Shown here: positions 40,535 through 49,717 of the stretch, in pieces
Numbering within the stretch: position 1 is the stretch's first letter
Layout: each line of letters starts with the position of its first letter
Origin: Truepera sp.
Lineage (GTDB): Bacteria > Deinococcota > Deinococci > Deinococcales > Trueperaceae
Direction: 5' to 3'
Assembly: GCA_965218435.1 (NCBI GenBank)
Contig: CBDCKW010000009.1
Location: forward strand, 3,520,001 to 3,584,000
Length of the DNA: 64,000 bases
The notes under the pieces: generated by a model
What the model was told of the DNA's origin: nothing
Seen by the model: the letters and a program-made list of their open reading frames with translations, nothing else
Databases searched by the model: none
Program-made: the position numbers and the translations under genes

Positions 40535-41785
40535 ATGCGTATAACCCCACTTTTTACTGCCATTGTCTTCGGACTTCTCACGCTGGTCGGTTCCCTTTCG
40601 GCGTGCTCGCAAGTACGTGAGGCCAAAACCCCTTTGACCCCTCCCGAAGTCAGGGCGATCAGCTCGCTGGCCCTCAGCAATCTGGGCGCGCCGCCATCCG
40701 ACCCCTCAAACGCTGTGGCCGACAATCAGCAGGCCGCCAACTTGGGGCACGCGCTTTTTTTTGACAAACGCCTGAGCGCCAACGGTGAGGTGTCGTGTGC
40801 GTCTTGCCATCAACCGGAGCGCGGCTTTACCGACGGTTTAGCCCACGCGCGGGGTATCGGGCAGCTCGACCGTAAAACGATGAGCGTCGTCGGGGCGGCG
40901 CACAGCACCTGGCAGTTTTGGGACGGCCGGAAAGACAGCCTCTGGTCACAGGCTTTAGGGCCGCTCGAGGCCAGTAAAGAGCACGGTCTAACCCGGAGCG
41001 AGGTTGCTGAAGTTGTTGCACGAGCCTATCCTGAGCAGTACGAAGCAGTTTTTGGTGCGCTCCCAAATTTGGACGACGCGGCGCGTTTTCCGGCTCGAGC
41101 GAGTCCGCAAGGTAACGAAGCGGCGCAGGCAGCGTGGGCTGAGATGACGCCCGCCGACCAGGACAGCGTGAGCGAAGTATTCGCCAACGTCGGTAAAGCT
41201 CTAGCGGCGTATGAACGGGGGCTCGAGCCCACCCCGACCCGTTTTGACACCTACGCCGAAGCCGTCGCCAGCGGTGACACGGCAGGGGAGAGTGCGCTTT
41301 CTGCTGAAGAGGTCGCGGGCCTCAGGTTGTTTGTCGGCAAAGCCGGGTGCGTCACGTGCCACACCGGGCCGCTTCTGACCGACGAGTCGTTTCACAATAC
41401 TGGTGTCCCCGCCGCTACCGGGTTGCCGCCCGATTTGGGACGTATCAGCGGTGTAGAGCTTGCCCGACACGACGAATTTAACTGCCTGAGCCGTTTTAGC
41501 GACGCGCAACCTGCAGCGTGTACGGCGCTCAAGGGTTTAAGTGACGACACGTTTGGGCTCGAGCGCGCCTACAAAGTTCCGTCTTTAAGAGACGTTACGG
41601 CGCACGCGCCCTATATGCACGCCGGACAGTTCAGCACGCTCCACGAGGTGTTAGAGCACTACAACACTGCCCCCGCCGCGCCGAGCGGTTACAGCGAAAT
41701 CCATCCGCTGGGTTTGTCTGAAGACGAGTTGGGTCAGCTCGAGGCGTTTCTTAAAACACTCAGCAGCGACTCGGCCTCACGTTAA
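40535..41785 (+). CDS. Diheme cytochrome c peroxidase (bCcP/MauG superfamily), probable lipoprotein
   Basis: LSAC lipobox, CASCH, QFWDGR, CVTCH, FHNTG, KVPSLR, APYMHAG. Confidence 0.9.
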   Translation: MRITPLFTAIVFGLLTLVGSLSACSQVREAKTPLTPPEVRAISSLALSNLGAPPSDPSNAVADNQQAANLGHALFFDKRLSANGEVSCASCHQPERGFTDGLAHARGIGQLDRKTMSVVGAAHSTWQFWDGRKDSLWSQALGPLEASKEHGLTRSEVAEVVARAYPEQYEAVFGALPNLDDAARFPARASPQGNEAAQAAWAEMTPADQDSVSEVFANVGKALAAYERGLEPTPTRFDTYAEAVASGDTAGESALSAEEVAGLRLFVGKAGCVTCHTGPLLTDESFHNTGVPAATGLPPDLGRISGVELARHDEFNCLSRFSDAQPAACTALKGLSDDTFGLERAYKVPSLRDVTAHAPYMHAGQFSTLHEVLEHYNTAPAAPSGYSEIHPLGLSEDELGQLEAFLKTLSSDSASR

Positions 41786-41817
41786 ACACTGTAACGACGT
41801 AAAAGAAAGGAACACCT

Positions 41818-42186
41818 ATGCTTAGACCTTTACTGATGGCTACGCTGGTAATGACATTGGCCGCTTGCGGTTCACCCGCGCCGGTCGTTGACCCTGCGCC
41901 CATCCCTAAAGAACCCGAGTTAGCGGCTTGCCCGAGTACCATCGTGATTGACAATTTCAAGTACTTGCCGGACGACTGTCAAGTAAGCCGCGGCACCACG
42001 ATCACGTTTCTCAATCAAGACACCGTTCAGCACACGGCGACCTCTCGAGCAGGCACACCCGCAGCGTTCGATACCAGGGACATCAACCCGAAAAAGTCGG
42101 CGACCGTGACCTTTACTAAGCCCGGTGTTTACAACTACTACTGCACCATCCACCCCGATATGGAAGCGTCTATTACCGTCAAATAG
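41818..42186 (+). CDS. Cupredoxin (plastocyanin/amicyanin-like) lipoprotein
   Basis: LAAC lipobox, type-1 Cu ligands H(TAT)...YYCTIHPDM. Confidence 0.9.
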   Translation: MLRPLLMATLVMTLAACGSPAPVVDPAPIPKEPELAACPSTIVIDNFKYLPDDCQVSRGTTITFLNQDTVQHTATSRAGTPAAFDTRDINPKKSATVTFTKPGVYNYYCTIHPDMEASITVK

Positions 42187-42203
42187 ACTGCCAAGAACTG
42201 AGT

Positions 42204-42231
42204 AAGGCCCGCTCCAGCAGCGGGTCTTTTT
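42204..42231 (+). terminator. Rho-independent terminator
   Basis: AAGGCCCGCT-ccagc-AGCGGGTCTT then TTT. Confidence 0.8.
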
Positions 42232-42289
42232 GCTTGGAAAGCGGGCTAACTCGTCAGTTCATACGTTAGAGTGACCTAAGGAGCTACTC

Positions 42290-42859
42290 ATGGCGCAGCC
42301 TGTACGGTTGGTTCTCGTCTTTATGCTGATGTTAGGCGGATGCAGTTTGCTCAGCCCGTCTACCGATAAGACGCGCTATCTCGACCACTACATGCAGGAG
42401 TGTGCGAGCTTCGTTCTGACCCTCTGCAACCGTGCCAAAATGCAGCCGAGCGACCCCTGGATGACGAGCTTGAACAGTATCGAAGGCTTTGACTACCAAT
42501 GGGGGTTTGTCTACGAACTCCGAGTTAGAGAAACGCATATCGCCAATCCTCCTGCCGACGGCTCAGCTATCCGGACTGAACTGCTCAGCGTTGTAAGTAA
42601 AGAAAAGGTCGCCCCTGATGTGCGGTTTCAGCTTGCACTGACGACCCGCTACCGTGGTGAGCCTAAGATCGTCAAAGTAGGCGACAACCTCTTCGAGTTT
42701 TATAACGCTAAGACGTTCACTTGTGCTGACGAGCTTTGTGCTGACGTTGAGGCGCTTGTTGGGCGAGAGGGCGTGGTGACGCTCGAGTTCACCCAGCCGC
42801 AAAATCCAGACATGCCGTTACTCGCGCAGCGTATCGTTAGCTTTGAGGCGGCCCAATAA
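42290..42859 (+). CDS. DUF4377-like lipoprotein
   Basis: LGGC lipobox, IEGFDYQWGFVYELRV...NPPADGS. Confidence 0.75.
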   Translation: MAQPVRLVLVFMLMLGGCSLLSPSTDKTRYLDHYMQECASFVLTLCNRAKMQPSDPWMTSLNSIEGFDYQWGFVYELRVRETHIANPPADGSAIRTELLSVVSKEKVAPDVRFQLALTTRYRGEPKIVKVGDNLFEFYNAKTFTCADELCADVEALVGREGVVTLEFTQPQNPDMPLLAQRIVSFEAAQ

Positions 42860-42937
42860 CTTCTACCTGCTGGCAAGTAGGCATGTAGCACCTCAGCTTG
42901 AAGTAGTTGAGCAAATGTGTAAACATTACGCTAGCTT

Positions 42938-43837
42938 ATGGAGGCTGATATGGCAGACGCCAATTCGACAGATTACGCACATCCCGAGGTCCTGGTAACC
43001 ACCGACTGGGTTGCCGACCATTTAGATGACCCAAACATCCGCATCATGGACGTCAGTGAAGACGTGCTCTTATACGATACCGGGCATATCCCTGGCGCGG
43101 TCAAAATTGACTGGTTAGGTGACCTCTGGGACGACACCATCCGCGAATTTATCCAACCCGAGGAACTCGCTCAGTTGTTCGAGCGTTTGGGTGTCTCAAA
43201 CGATACCGAGATCGTTCTTTACGGCGACAAAAACAACTGGTGGGCCTCTTATGCGTTTTGGTTTTTTCGCTACAGCGGTCACGAAAACCTTAAACTGATG
43301 AACGGCGGCCGCGCCAAGTGGGTTGCCGAAGACCGGCCCTTAACGACCGACGCGCCGGACGTAACCCCCGGCTCGTACACACCGGGTCAGCGTAACCCCG
43401 AGCTACGTGCGTTTAGAGAAGATGTTTTGAAGCACTTGGAGCGTGTCAAAGCCGGAACCGGCGCAATGGTAGACGTGCGGAGCCCCGGCGAGTTTAAGGG
43501 CGACGTGACGCACATGCCCGACTATCCGCAAGAGGGCGTCCTCCGTGGCGGCCATATCCCCGGTGCCCAGAGCATCCCTTGGGCGCAAGCTGTTGCCGAA
43601 GACGGGACCTTCAAAAGTGCCGACGAACTCCGTAACTTGTACGAATCCAAAGGCGTGACCGGCGACAAAGAGATTATCGCCTACTGTCGCATCGCCGAAC
43701 GCAGCTCGCACAGCTGGTTTGTGCTCAAATATCTGCTCGGTTATAACAACGTCAAAAACTACGACGGCTCGTGGACGGAGTGGGGTAACAGCGTCGGCGT
43801 GCCGATTGAAAAGGGCGAAGCGCAGCCCGCTAAATAA
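42938..43837 (+). CDS. Tandem-domain rhodanese/sulfurtransferase (start may be ATG 42950)
   Basis: [15 protein letters not shown], active-site [18 protein letters not shown]. Confidence 0.93.
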   Translation: MEADMADANSTDYAHPEVLVTTDWVADHLDDPNIRIMDVSEDVLLYDTGHIPGAVKIDWLGDLWDDTIREFIQPEELAQLFERLGVSNDTEIVLYGDKNNWWASYAFWFFRYSGHENLKLMNGGRAKWVAEDRPLTTDAPDVTPGSYTPGQRNPELRAFREDVLKHLERVKAGTGAMVDVRSPGEFKGDVTHMPDYPQEGVLRGGHIPGAQSIPWAQAVAEDGTFKSADELRNLYESKGVTGDKEIIAYCRIAERSSHSWFVLKYLLGYNNVKNYDGSWTEWGNSVGVPIEKGEAQPAK

Positions 43838-43871
43838 CGTTTAGCTCAAAACCAAAAAGTCGAACTGAACA

Positions 43872-43894
43872 GGCCGGAAGAGACTCCGGCTTTT
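43872..43894 (+). terminator. Rho-independent terminator
   Basis: GGCCGGA-agagac-TCCGGCT TTT. Confidence 0.7.
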
Positions 43895-43908
43895 GTTATG
43901 CTCTGCAG

Positions 43909-44301
43909 ATGGGCATTCTCTACCAAGAGACGCACGAAGGCATTACCCCGGAGCAACTGACCGGGTTTTTTACACAGTGGCGCAACCCGCGCCCGCCCGA
44001 AGGCCACTTAGCCATTTTGCGAGGTAGTGACTATGTGGCGCTCGCCTTAGACGAAGACAGCGGGCAAGTCGTCGGGTTTGTCACGGCGCTGACCGACGGT
44101 ATTCAAGCTGCGTTTATTCCGCTGCTCGAGGTTCTCCCCGATTATCAACATCAAGGCGTCGGCAGTGTGCTGATGAACAAGGTGATTGAGAAATTTGCGC
44201 ATCTGCCTGCTTTAGACTTGACCTGTAACCCTGCGTTGCAGACGTTTTATGCCCGTTTTGGAATGCAGCCGTCAGTCGGTGCGATCCGCCGCAATCATTA
44301 G
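43909..44301 (+). CDS. GNAT-family acetyltransferase
   Basis: LEVLPDYQHQGVGS, FYARFG. TATGCT 6 nt upstream. Confidence 0.88.
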   Translation: MGILYQETHEGITPEQLTGFFTQWRNPRPPEGHLAILRGSDYVALALDEDSGQVVGFVTALTDGIQAAFIPLLEVLPDYQHQGVGSVLMNKVIEKFAHLPALDLTCNPALQTFYARFGMQPSVGAIRRNH

Positions 44302-44320
44302 GAGATTCGTGAAGCTCGAG
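44300..44320 (+). repeat. Orphan duplicate of the RBS and first 4 codons of the VOC gene (second copy 45529-45550)
   Basis: AGGAGATTCGTGAAGCTCGAG vs AGGAGACCCTATGAAGCTCGAG. Similarity stops at CTCGAG. Confidence 0.7.
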
Positions 44321-44380
44321 TCTAGCTAGACTCCTTATGTTGCACGTGAGAGACGAGCGGTATTTGCTATAGTTCAGCTA

Positions 44381-45529
44381 ATGTCAGTAGAAAATGTGCT
44401 CTCGAGACTGGCGCAAAGTCTTCAGGGCTGGAGCAAAGCGGGCCTTAACGAAGCGCAAACCTCTCAGGTGATTGTGCTGCCTACGTTGCAGGCGCTCGGG
44501 TATGACATCTGGAACCCAGACGAGATTGCTGCGCAGATTCACAGCGGTGGTGGTAACGCGGCGTATGCACCTGACTTTACGGTTAAACTCAACAGCAACG
44601 TCTGTTTTATCCTCGAGATTAAAGCCCTTAACAAAGAGTTTTCTCCCAACGACACGGTGCAAGCGGTCAACTACGCCAACGCGTTGGGGCGGCGCTGGGC
44701 CGTTTTAACCAACGGCAAAGCGTGGCATTTTTACGACAATCAGGTCTCTAAACCGGCATCAGATAAACTTGTTCTCACAGTTGAACTTAAAGACCCACGG
44801 GCGGCGGCCTATCTGGAGCGCCTCTTATCCCGCTCGGTGTGGTCGGTAGAAAACGCCGAAAGCAGTTTAGCGGGAGAAGTTCAGGCCACTTCCGCCGAGA
44901 TTCGCCGTCACCTCAAACTGAGTGAGATTGAAACAAAACTGCGTGGTGAACTGCGCGAAGGGTTTACAAAAGACGAGCAAGGGCTAAAAAAGGCGGTGCA
45001 GCTGACGCTCGAGCCCAACGAACGAGAACTTGCCGAAGCATCGCTGGCAGAGTTGGCTAAACACCTCTTAGGGATAGACGTAGTGGCTGCTGAACCAGAT
45101 CCTGAACCTACACCTGAGTTGGCTAGGGATGCTCTAGCTGCCATTATCGAAGGAATGCATAAAACAGCCCCAAGTCAACGGGGTAACCGCTCGTCTGAAC
45201 TGCAGGCGTGGCTAGGTGAAACGGAGCTTCCGGCAACAAACTGGCGAGACATCAACAGCGGCATTGTCGAAGCGATGATTTTGCTAGGGCGTAAGAAATT
45301 TGTCGAAGACAAGGGGTACATCTCTCCGACGAACCAGTCACGAGTCAAAAGGGACGGCTCGCTCTACCCCACACACGCTTACAGACAACTTAGCGATGGG
45401 AGCTTTTTGTTTTTGCATGAAAGCGCCAATAATCATCTGCAGCGAAGTCGCCGGATGCTCGAAGAACTCGAGGTTGCCCCTAGAACCCTGCGCGTTGTCT
45501 ACCGTAGTGACACATTTTATCTACCTTGA
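44381..45529 (+). CDS. Solo restriction-endonuclease-like protein (HsdR N-terminal/PD-(D/E)xK domain plus unknown C-terminal domain)
   Basis: NEAQT..VIVLP.LQALGYD, PDF...ILEIK, QAVNYA, VLTNGKAW. TATAGT 7 nt upstream. Confidence 0.8.
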   Translation: MSVENVLSRLAQSLQGWSKAGLNEAQTSQVIVLPTLQALGYDIWNPDEIAAQIHSGGGNAAYAPDFTVKLNSNVCFILEIKALNKEFSPNDTVQAVNYANALGRRWAVLTNGKAWHFYDNQVSKPASDKLVLTVELKDPRAAAYLERLLSRSVWSVENAESSLAGEVQATSAEIRRHLKLSEIETKLRGELREGFTKDEQGLKKAVQLTLEPNERELAEASLAELAKHLLGIDVVAAEPDPEPTPELARDALAAIIEGMHKTAPSQRGNRSSELQAWLGETELPATNWRDINSGIVEAMILLGRKKFVEDKGYISPTNQSRVKRDGSLYPTHAYRQLSDGSFLFLHESANNHLQRSRRMLEELEVAPRTLRVVYRSDTFYLP

Positions 45530-45538
45530 GGAGACCCT

Positions 45539-45919
45539 ATGAAGCTCGAGCACGTCGCCCTAAACCTGCCTGACCCGCAAGCTGCCGCCGCCTGGTACGC
45601 CGAAAACCTGGGCCTGACGATTGTCAAAGCAAATAACGCGGAGCCGTTTATCCATTTTTTAGCCGATGACGCGGGCGGGATGCTCGAGTTCTATAGCAAC
45701 CCGCGTGGCGCAGTGCCCGACTACGCGAGCATGAGCCCGTTTACCTTGCACTTGGCGTTCGCTACAGACGACATCACCGCAGGTTGGGAGCGGCTCTTAG
45801 CAGCCGGGGCGACCGCTGCCGGAGAGCTCGAGACCACCCCGGCGGGCGATCAGATTGTCTTTTTGCGTGACCCCTGGGGCGTAAGTTTGCAGCTGGTCAG
45901 CCGCCGCACCTCTTTATAG
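45539..45919 (+). CDS. VOC/glyoxalase-family protein
   Basis: LEHVALN, MLEFY, LHLAF, FLRDPWG. Confidence 0.9.
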   Translation: MKLEHVALNLPDPQAAAAWYAENLGLTIVKANNAEPFIHFLADDAGGMLEFYSNPRGAVPDYASMSPFTLHLAFATDDITAGWERLLAAGATAAGELETTPAGDQIVFLRDPWGVSLQLVSRRTSL

Positions 45920-45932
45920 TTGAGCCGACACT

Positions 45933-46011
45933 AAAAAGCCCCTGCAGCTGTGGGGAAGCTGCAGGGGAAGTGTAAGACGCTTACATGACGTGATGGCCGG
46001 TTGCGCTTACA
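45933..46011 (-). ncRNA. Candidate ~80-nt small RNA with its own -10 element and intrinsic terminator
   Basis: Minus strand: TATCCT (46023-46018), terminator CCCCTGCAGCT-tccccac-AGCTGCAGGGG-C-TTTTT, no credible minus-strand protein gene upstream. Confidence 0.5.
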
Positions 46012-46197
46012 GGGGTAAGGATAGCGCACACGGTCTCACAAGATTCTTACAAAATCAGAAATGGTTGTCTGCCTCAGCGTTTACCGTAAAGGTTCACACC
46101 CGGCGTAAGACCGGTCGTCTCTGACGTTAAGCTTCACGCGTTGCACGTTCATTCACCGGCAACGGGCGGGTTTTGTCGCAGTGGGTAAGATGCCCTT

Positions 46198-47466
46198 ATG
46201 AAACCGGACAAAAGGCCCCACATTTTGGTCGTCGGGGGCGGCGCAGCCGGGTTTTTTGCGGCGATTACTTGCGCTGAGGCGCAACCGGGGGCACGGGTGA
46301 CGGTGCTCGAGCGTGGCCAACCGCTTGCCAAGGTGCGTATCTCCGGCGGGGGGCGCTGCAACGTCACGCATGATGAACCCGACCCGGCACAGTTCGTAAC
46401 GCATTATCCGCGGGGTTCACGGGCGCTGCGCGGCCCACTGAGCCGGTTTGGAGCTGCTGAAACTGCTGCGTGGTTTGAAAGCCGGGGCGTAAGCCTCAAA
46501 ACCGAGGCCGACGGGCGTATGTTTCCGACATCGAATACTTCGGAAACGGTCGTGAACTGTTTGCTAGACGCGGCACAAAGGGCCGGAGTCGAGCTTCGTA
46601 CCGGTGCGGCGGTGCGTTCCTTAAGCATTTCACAAGAACATGTTCCGGGACGGTTTACGGCAACGCTTAAGGATGGTGAGCAGGTCATGACTGAGCGTGT
46701 TTTACTTGCAACCGGCAGCAATCCGCAGGTTCACCGCTGGGTCACCGAACTCGGCCACGAGGTCGTGCCGCCGGTTCCGTCACTGTTTACCCTAAAGGTT
46801 GCTGACCCCAGACTCGAGGGGCTGGCCGGGGTCTCGGTACCGGACGCTGAGGTGACGCTTTCCGGGACGCCGCTTACGCAGCGTGGCCCGCTGCTCGTCA
46901 CGCATTGGGGGCTTTCGGGTCCAGCAGTTCTTAAACTCTCAGCCTGGGGCGCACGCGAACTTCACGGTTACGACTATCACGCACCTTTACGGGTCAACTG
47001 GCTCCCAACTATGAACGTAGAAGTAGTACGTGAGCAGCTTTACGCTTACAAAGCCGCCGAGCCGCGTAAAACAGTCTCCGGCTATCCTCTTTTCGGTCTT
47101 CCCGGACGGTTGTGGCGCGCACTCGTCGGTGCGGCAGGACTTGCGGAACGTTGGGCAGACGTGTCTAAGGCGCAGCTCGAGCGGTTTGTAGGTGAGCTTC
47201 AGCAGGGGCGCTTTGAGGTGACCGGTAAAGGTGTGTTCAAAGAAGAGTTTGTGACGTGTGGCGGCGTCAAGCTTAAAGAGGTGAACTTTCGGACGATGGA
47301 GAGCCGGATGTGTCCAGGACTTTACTTGGCCGGTGAACTTTTAGACATTGACGGGGTGACGGGCGGGTTTAACTTTCAAAACGCCTGGGCAACAGGGTAC
47401 CTGGCTGGTCAGGCGTTAGCTGAGTCGGTCGGCGCGGTCGGCGCACCGGAGCTCGACGCGACCTGA
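46198..47466 (+). CDS. HI0933/BaiN-family flavoprotein
   Basis: GGGAAG, KVRISGGGRCNVT, THWGLSGP, VTCGGV, GGFNFQNAW. Confidence 0.93.
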   Translation: MKPDKRPHILVVGGGAAGFFAAITCAEAQPGARVTVLERGQPLAKVRISGGGRCNVTHDEPDPAQFVTHYPRGSRALRGPLSRFGAAETAAWFESRGVSLKTEADGRMFPTSNTSETVVNCLLDAAQRAGVELRTGAAVRSLSISQEHVPGRFTATLKDGEQVMTERVLLATGSNPQVHRWVTELGHEVVPPVPSLFTLKVADPRLEGLAGVSVPDAEVTLSGTPLTQRGPLLVTHWGLSGPAVLKLSAWGARELHGYDYHAPLRVNWLPTMNVEVVREQLYAYKAAEPRKTVSGYPLFGLPGRLWRALVGAAGLAERWADVSKAQLERFVGELQQGRFEVTGKGVFKEEFVTCGGVKLKEVNFRTMESRMCPGLYLAGELLDIDGVTGGFNFQNAWATGYLAGQALAESVGAVGAPELDAT

Positions 47467-48764
47467 GCCGAAACCGGGAGGTGCAGCTTGACCGTGAGGC
47501 CGGTGGGTGAGTTGGCGGCGAGAATGAGCTCACCGCCGTGAACCGTGGCGACCTGCGCGGCGACGCTGAGACCCAAGCCGCTACCGGGGGCGGCCGTTCC
47601 GGGCGTGCGGTAAAAGGGATGGACGGCTTTTGCCAGCGCCTCCGGGGGCATTCCCGGCCCTTGGTCGGCAACGCTCAAGCTGAGTAATCCCTGAGCGGGG
47701 GGCTCGAGGCTAACTACCACCGGCGCACCGGGCGCGTGCTTGCGGGCGTTGTCGAGCAGATTGAGCAGAGCTTGCTGCAGCAAGACGGGGTCGCCCGTAA
47801 AGTTCAGGGTGTCGGGGCCGTGGTAGTTGACCGAGTGCTCGCTCGCCGCGTCTTTAGCTAGCGCCGCGAGATCAAACGTCACGACTTGCGAGCGGTTTTC
47901 ACGGGCCAGCGTCAGGAGTGACGCGCTTAAGCCAATCATCCGCTCGACCTCTTCAGAAAGGACCGTAAGCGTCTCGTCGGCGTCCGCGTAGTTCTCCCTG
48001 TAGGCGCTCAGCTGTAGCCGCATCGCGGTCAGCGGCGTCCGCAGTTCGTGCGACGCGTTCCGGGTAAACTGCGTTTCACGTTCTAAAAAGCCCGACAGCC
48101 GCGCCATCATCCGGTTAAAGGTTTCACTCAGGTCAGAGAGCTCACCCTGACCGCCGTCCGGTGCTCTTAGCGACAAGTCGCCGGAGTCGGCGATGCGGCG
48201 CACCGTGACGAGCAGCTGCCGGAGCGGGCGCAGCACCGGGCCGCTGACGAGCAGGGCCGCGAGTGCGCCGAGCGCCGAAACGAGCAGCGTCGTGACGAGG
48301 ATGGTCTCACGGTAGCGGCCCAGGCTGTAAGCCGGAGCCGGAGACGCGATGGCTCCTTGCAAAAAGAGATCGGGAGAGAGCCGCCGACTCGTCACGCGCC
48401 ACACCCCGAACGACTGGGCCGGAAGTGACTGGGCCGGACCGGGGGTCAGTGGCGCACTTAAGGGCACCCCTGCCGGGAAGGTGCCGAAGGTCTCTTTGAC
48501 GCGTCCCTGATGAACGATGCGGGCACTCGTCAAGTAGTCGTCGAAGCGGGCGTCGAGGTCCCGAAACGAAAGGGTTTCGCCGCGTGGCTGACCCGGGAGC
48601 GCCTGCACCTCCCGCACAAGTTGTGCTAAATAATCGTTTAGGTCGTGGTCTAAGTCGGCGTAAAGCAGCCGCTGAAAGTTGAGGTAACCGAATACCCCTT
48701 GCACGAGGAGCGCCGTCGCCACCATCACGGCAATAAAGAGCACCAGCCGCTGCCGCAGCGTCAC
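47409..48764 (-). CDS. Sensor histidine kinase (HAMP-HisKA-HATPase)
   Basis: Two TM segments, ASHELRTPL, NLLDNA, DQGPG, GSGLGL. Confidence 0.93.
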   Translation of the reverse strand: MTLRQRLVLFIAVMVATALLVQGVFGYLNFQRLLYADLDHDLNDYLAQLVREVQALPGQPRGETLSFRDLDARFDDYLTSARIVHQGRVKETFGTFPAGVPLSAPLTPGPAQSLPAQSFGVWRVTSRRLSPDLFLQGAIASPAPAYSLGRYRETILVTTLLVSALGALAALLVSGPVLRPLRQLLVTVRRIADSGDLSLRAPDGGQGELSDLSETFNRMMARLSGFLERETQFTRNASHELRTPLTAMRLQLSAYRENYADADETLTVLSEEVERMIGLSASLLTLARENRSQVVTFDLAALAKDAASEHSVNYHGPDTLNFTGDPVLLQQALLNLLDNARKHAPGAPVVVSLEPPAQGLLSLSVADQGPGMPPEALAKAVHPFYRTPGTAAPGSGLGLSVAAQVATVHGGELILAANSPTGLTVKLHLPVSAQVASSSGAPTAPTDSANA

Positions 48765-49498
48765 AAGCCTAACCGGTACCCTCCCGGAACGGTCTGCACG
48801 ACGTCCGGCCCGAGTTTGCTTCGCAGATGATGCACGTAAACCTTGACGACGCCTGTGCCTGCGCCTTCACCCCAGAGTGCGTCGGTCAGCGCCTCGGGAC
48901 TGTAGACGCGGCTCGGTGAGAGGACGAAGCGTTCTAACAGGGCGTATTCACGGCTCGAGAGTTCCACGCGCTCACCCGCCCAAGTTGCGGTGCGGTTGAC
49001 CGTGTCGAGCCCCAAAGGTCCCCGCTGCACGCGGCTTGTTTTGACCTCGTGAACCCGCCGTAAAAGTGCGCGGACGCGGGCTAAGAGTTCAGGTAAGTCA
49101 AAGGGCTTGACCACATAGTCGTCGCCGCCGTCGTCAAGCCCTGTCACCCGGTCGGCCAGGGCGTCTCTCGCAGTCATAAATAGAATTAAGCCTTTGTAGC
49201 CCGCGTTTCTCGCCTCACGCGCCAAGACGAAGCCGCCGTTGTCGTCTTCAGGCAAGCGTACATCGAGCAGTAGCAGGTCGGGTTCAGCCTCGAGAAACAC
49301 AGTCCGTGCGTCCGCTAACGTCGCTGTGTGCGTGACCTCATGACCCTGCGCCGCAAGCGCCTGCAGCACCGGCCGAGCGATATGGGGTTCGTCCTCGAGC
49401 AGCAAAATACGCACAAACATCTCCGAAACCGGGTTTTCTACTGCGCTTTTTACGGCGTTCTTTCTGGTAACCGCTACCACGGCAAGCGAGGTTGGCAT
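48761..49498 (-). CDS. OmpR/PhoB-family response regulator
   Basis: LLEDE, LLLDVRLP, MTARD, DDYVVKPF, winged helix VKVYVHHLRSKL. Confidence 0.95.
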   Translation of the reverse strand: MPTSLAVVAVTRKNAVKSAVENPVSEMFVRILLLEDEPHIARPVLQALAAQGHEVTHTATLADARTVFLEAEPDLLLLDVRLPEDDNGGFVLAREARNAGYKGLILFMTARDALADRVTGLDDGGDDYVVKPFDLPELLARVRALLRRVHEVKTSRVQRGPLGLDTVNRTATWAGERVELSSREYALLERFVLSPSRVYSPEALTDALWGEGAGTGVVKVYVHHLRSKLGPDVVQTVPGGYRLGL

Positions 49499-49518
49499 GG
49501 AAAACGCTAAGATGCAGC

Positions 49519-49608
49519 GGTTACGTCTAGGTTAAGGCTGAAGGGCACAGACCAGTAAGCTAGGGCTTACAAACATCGGGAGGTCACGGGTTTAACCGGC
49601 CCTTAACC
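49519..49608. promoter_or_regulatory. Two oppositely oriented 11-bp-period direct-repeat boxes (candidate response-regulator sites)
   Basis: Plus strand TTAACC-N5-TTAACC (49592-49608), minus strand TTAACC-N5-GTAACC (49535-49519). Confidence 0.6.
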
Positions 49609-49717
49609 GAAATCGTAAAAACTGTTGTCGGGAGGGAGCAGCATGGTGTAGGGGCAGCGGCAGCTTTAGACTATCTCGGTAAAATATAAACTAACTCACA
49701 TTCATGTAGGAGAACAG

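Noticed and set aside
44336..44350. TTATGT-tgc-ACGTGA as a DdrO radiation/desiccation response motif
   Set aside because: Two bases shorter than the 17-bp RDRM spacing. No convincing RDRM was seen before mfd or sbcD either.
47409..47466. 58-bp convergent overlap of the flavoprotein and kinase genes (also nrdR/phosphotransferase, 26 bp)
   Set aside because: Involves only low-complexity tails, which is common and not evidence of a system.
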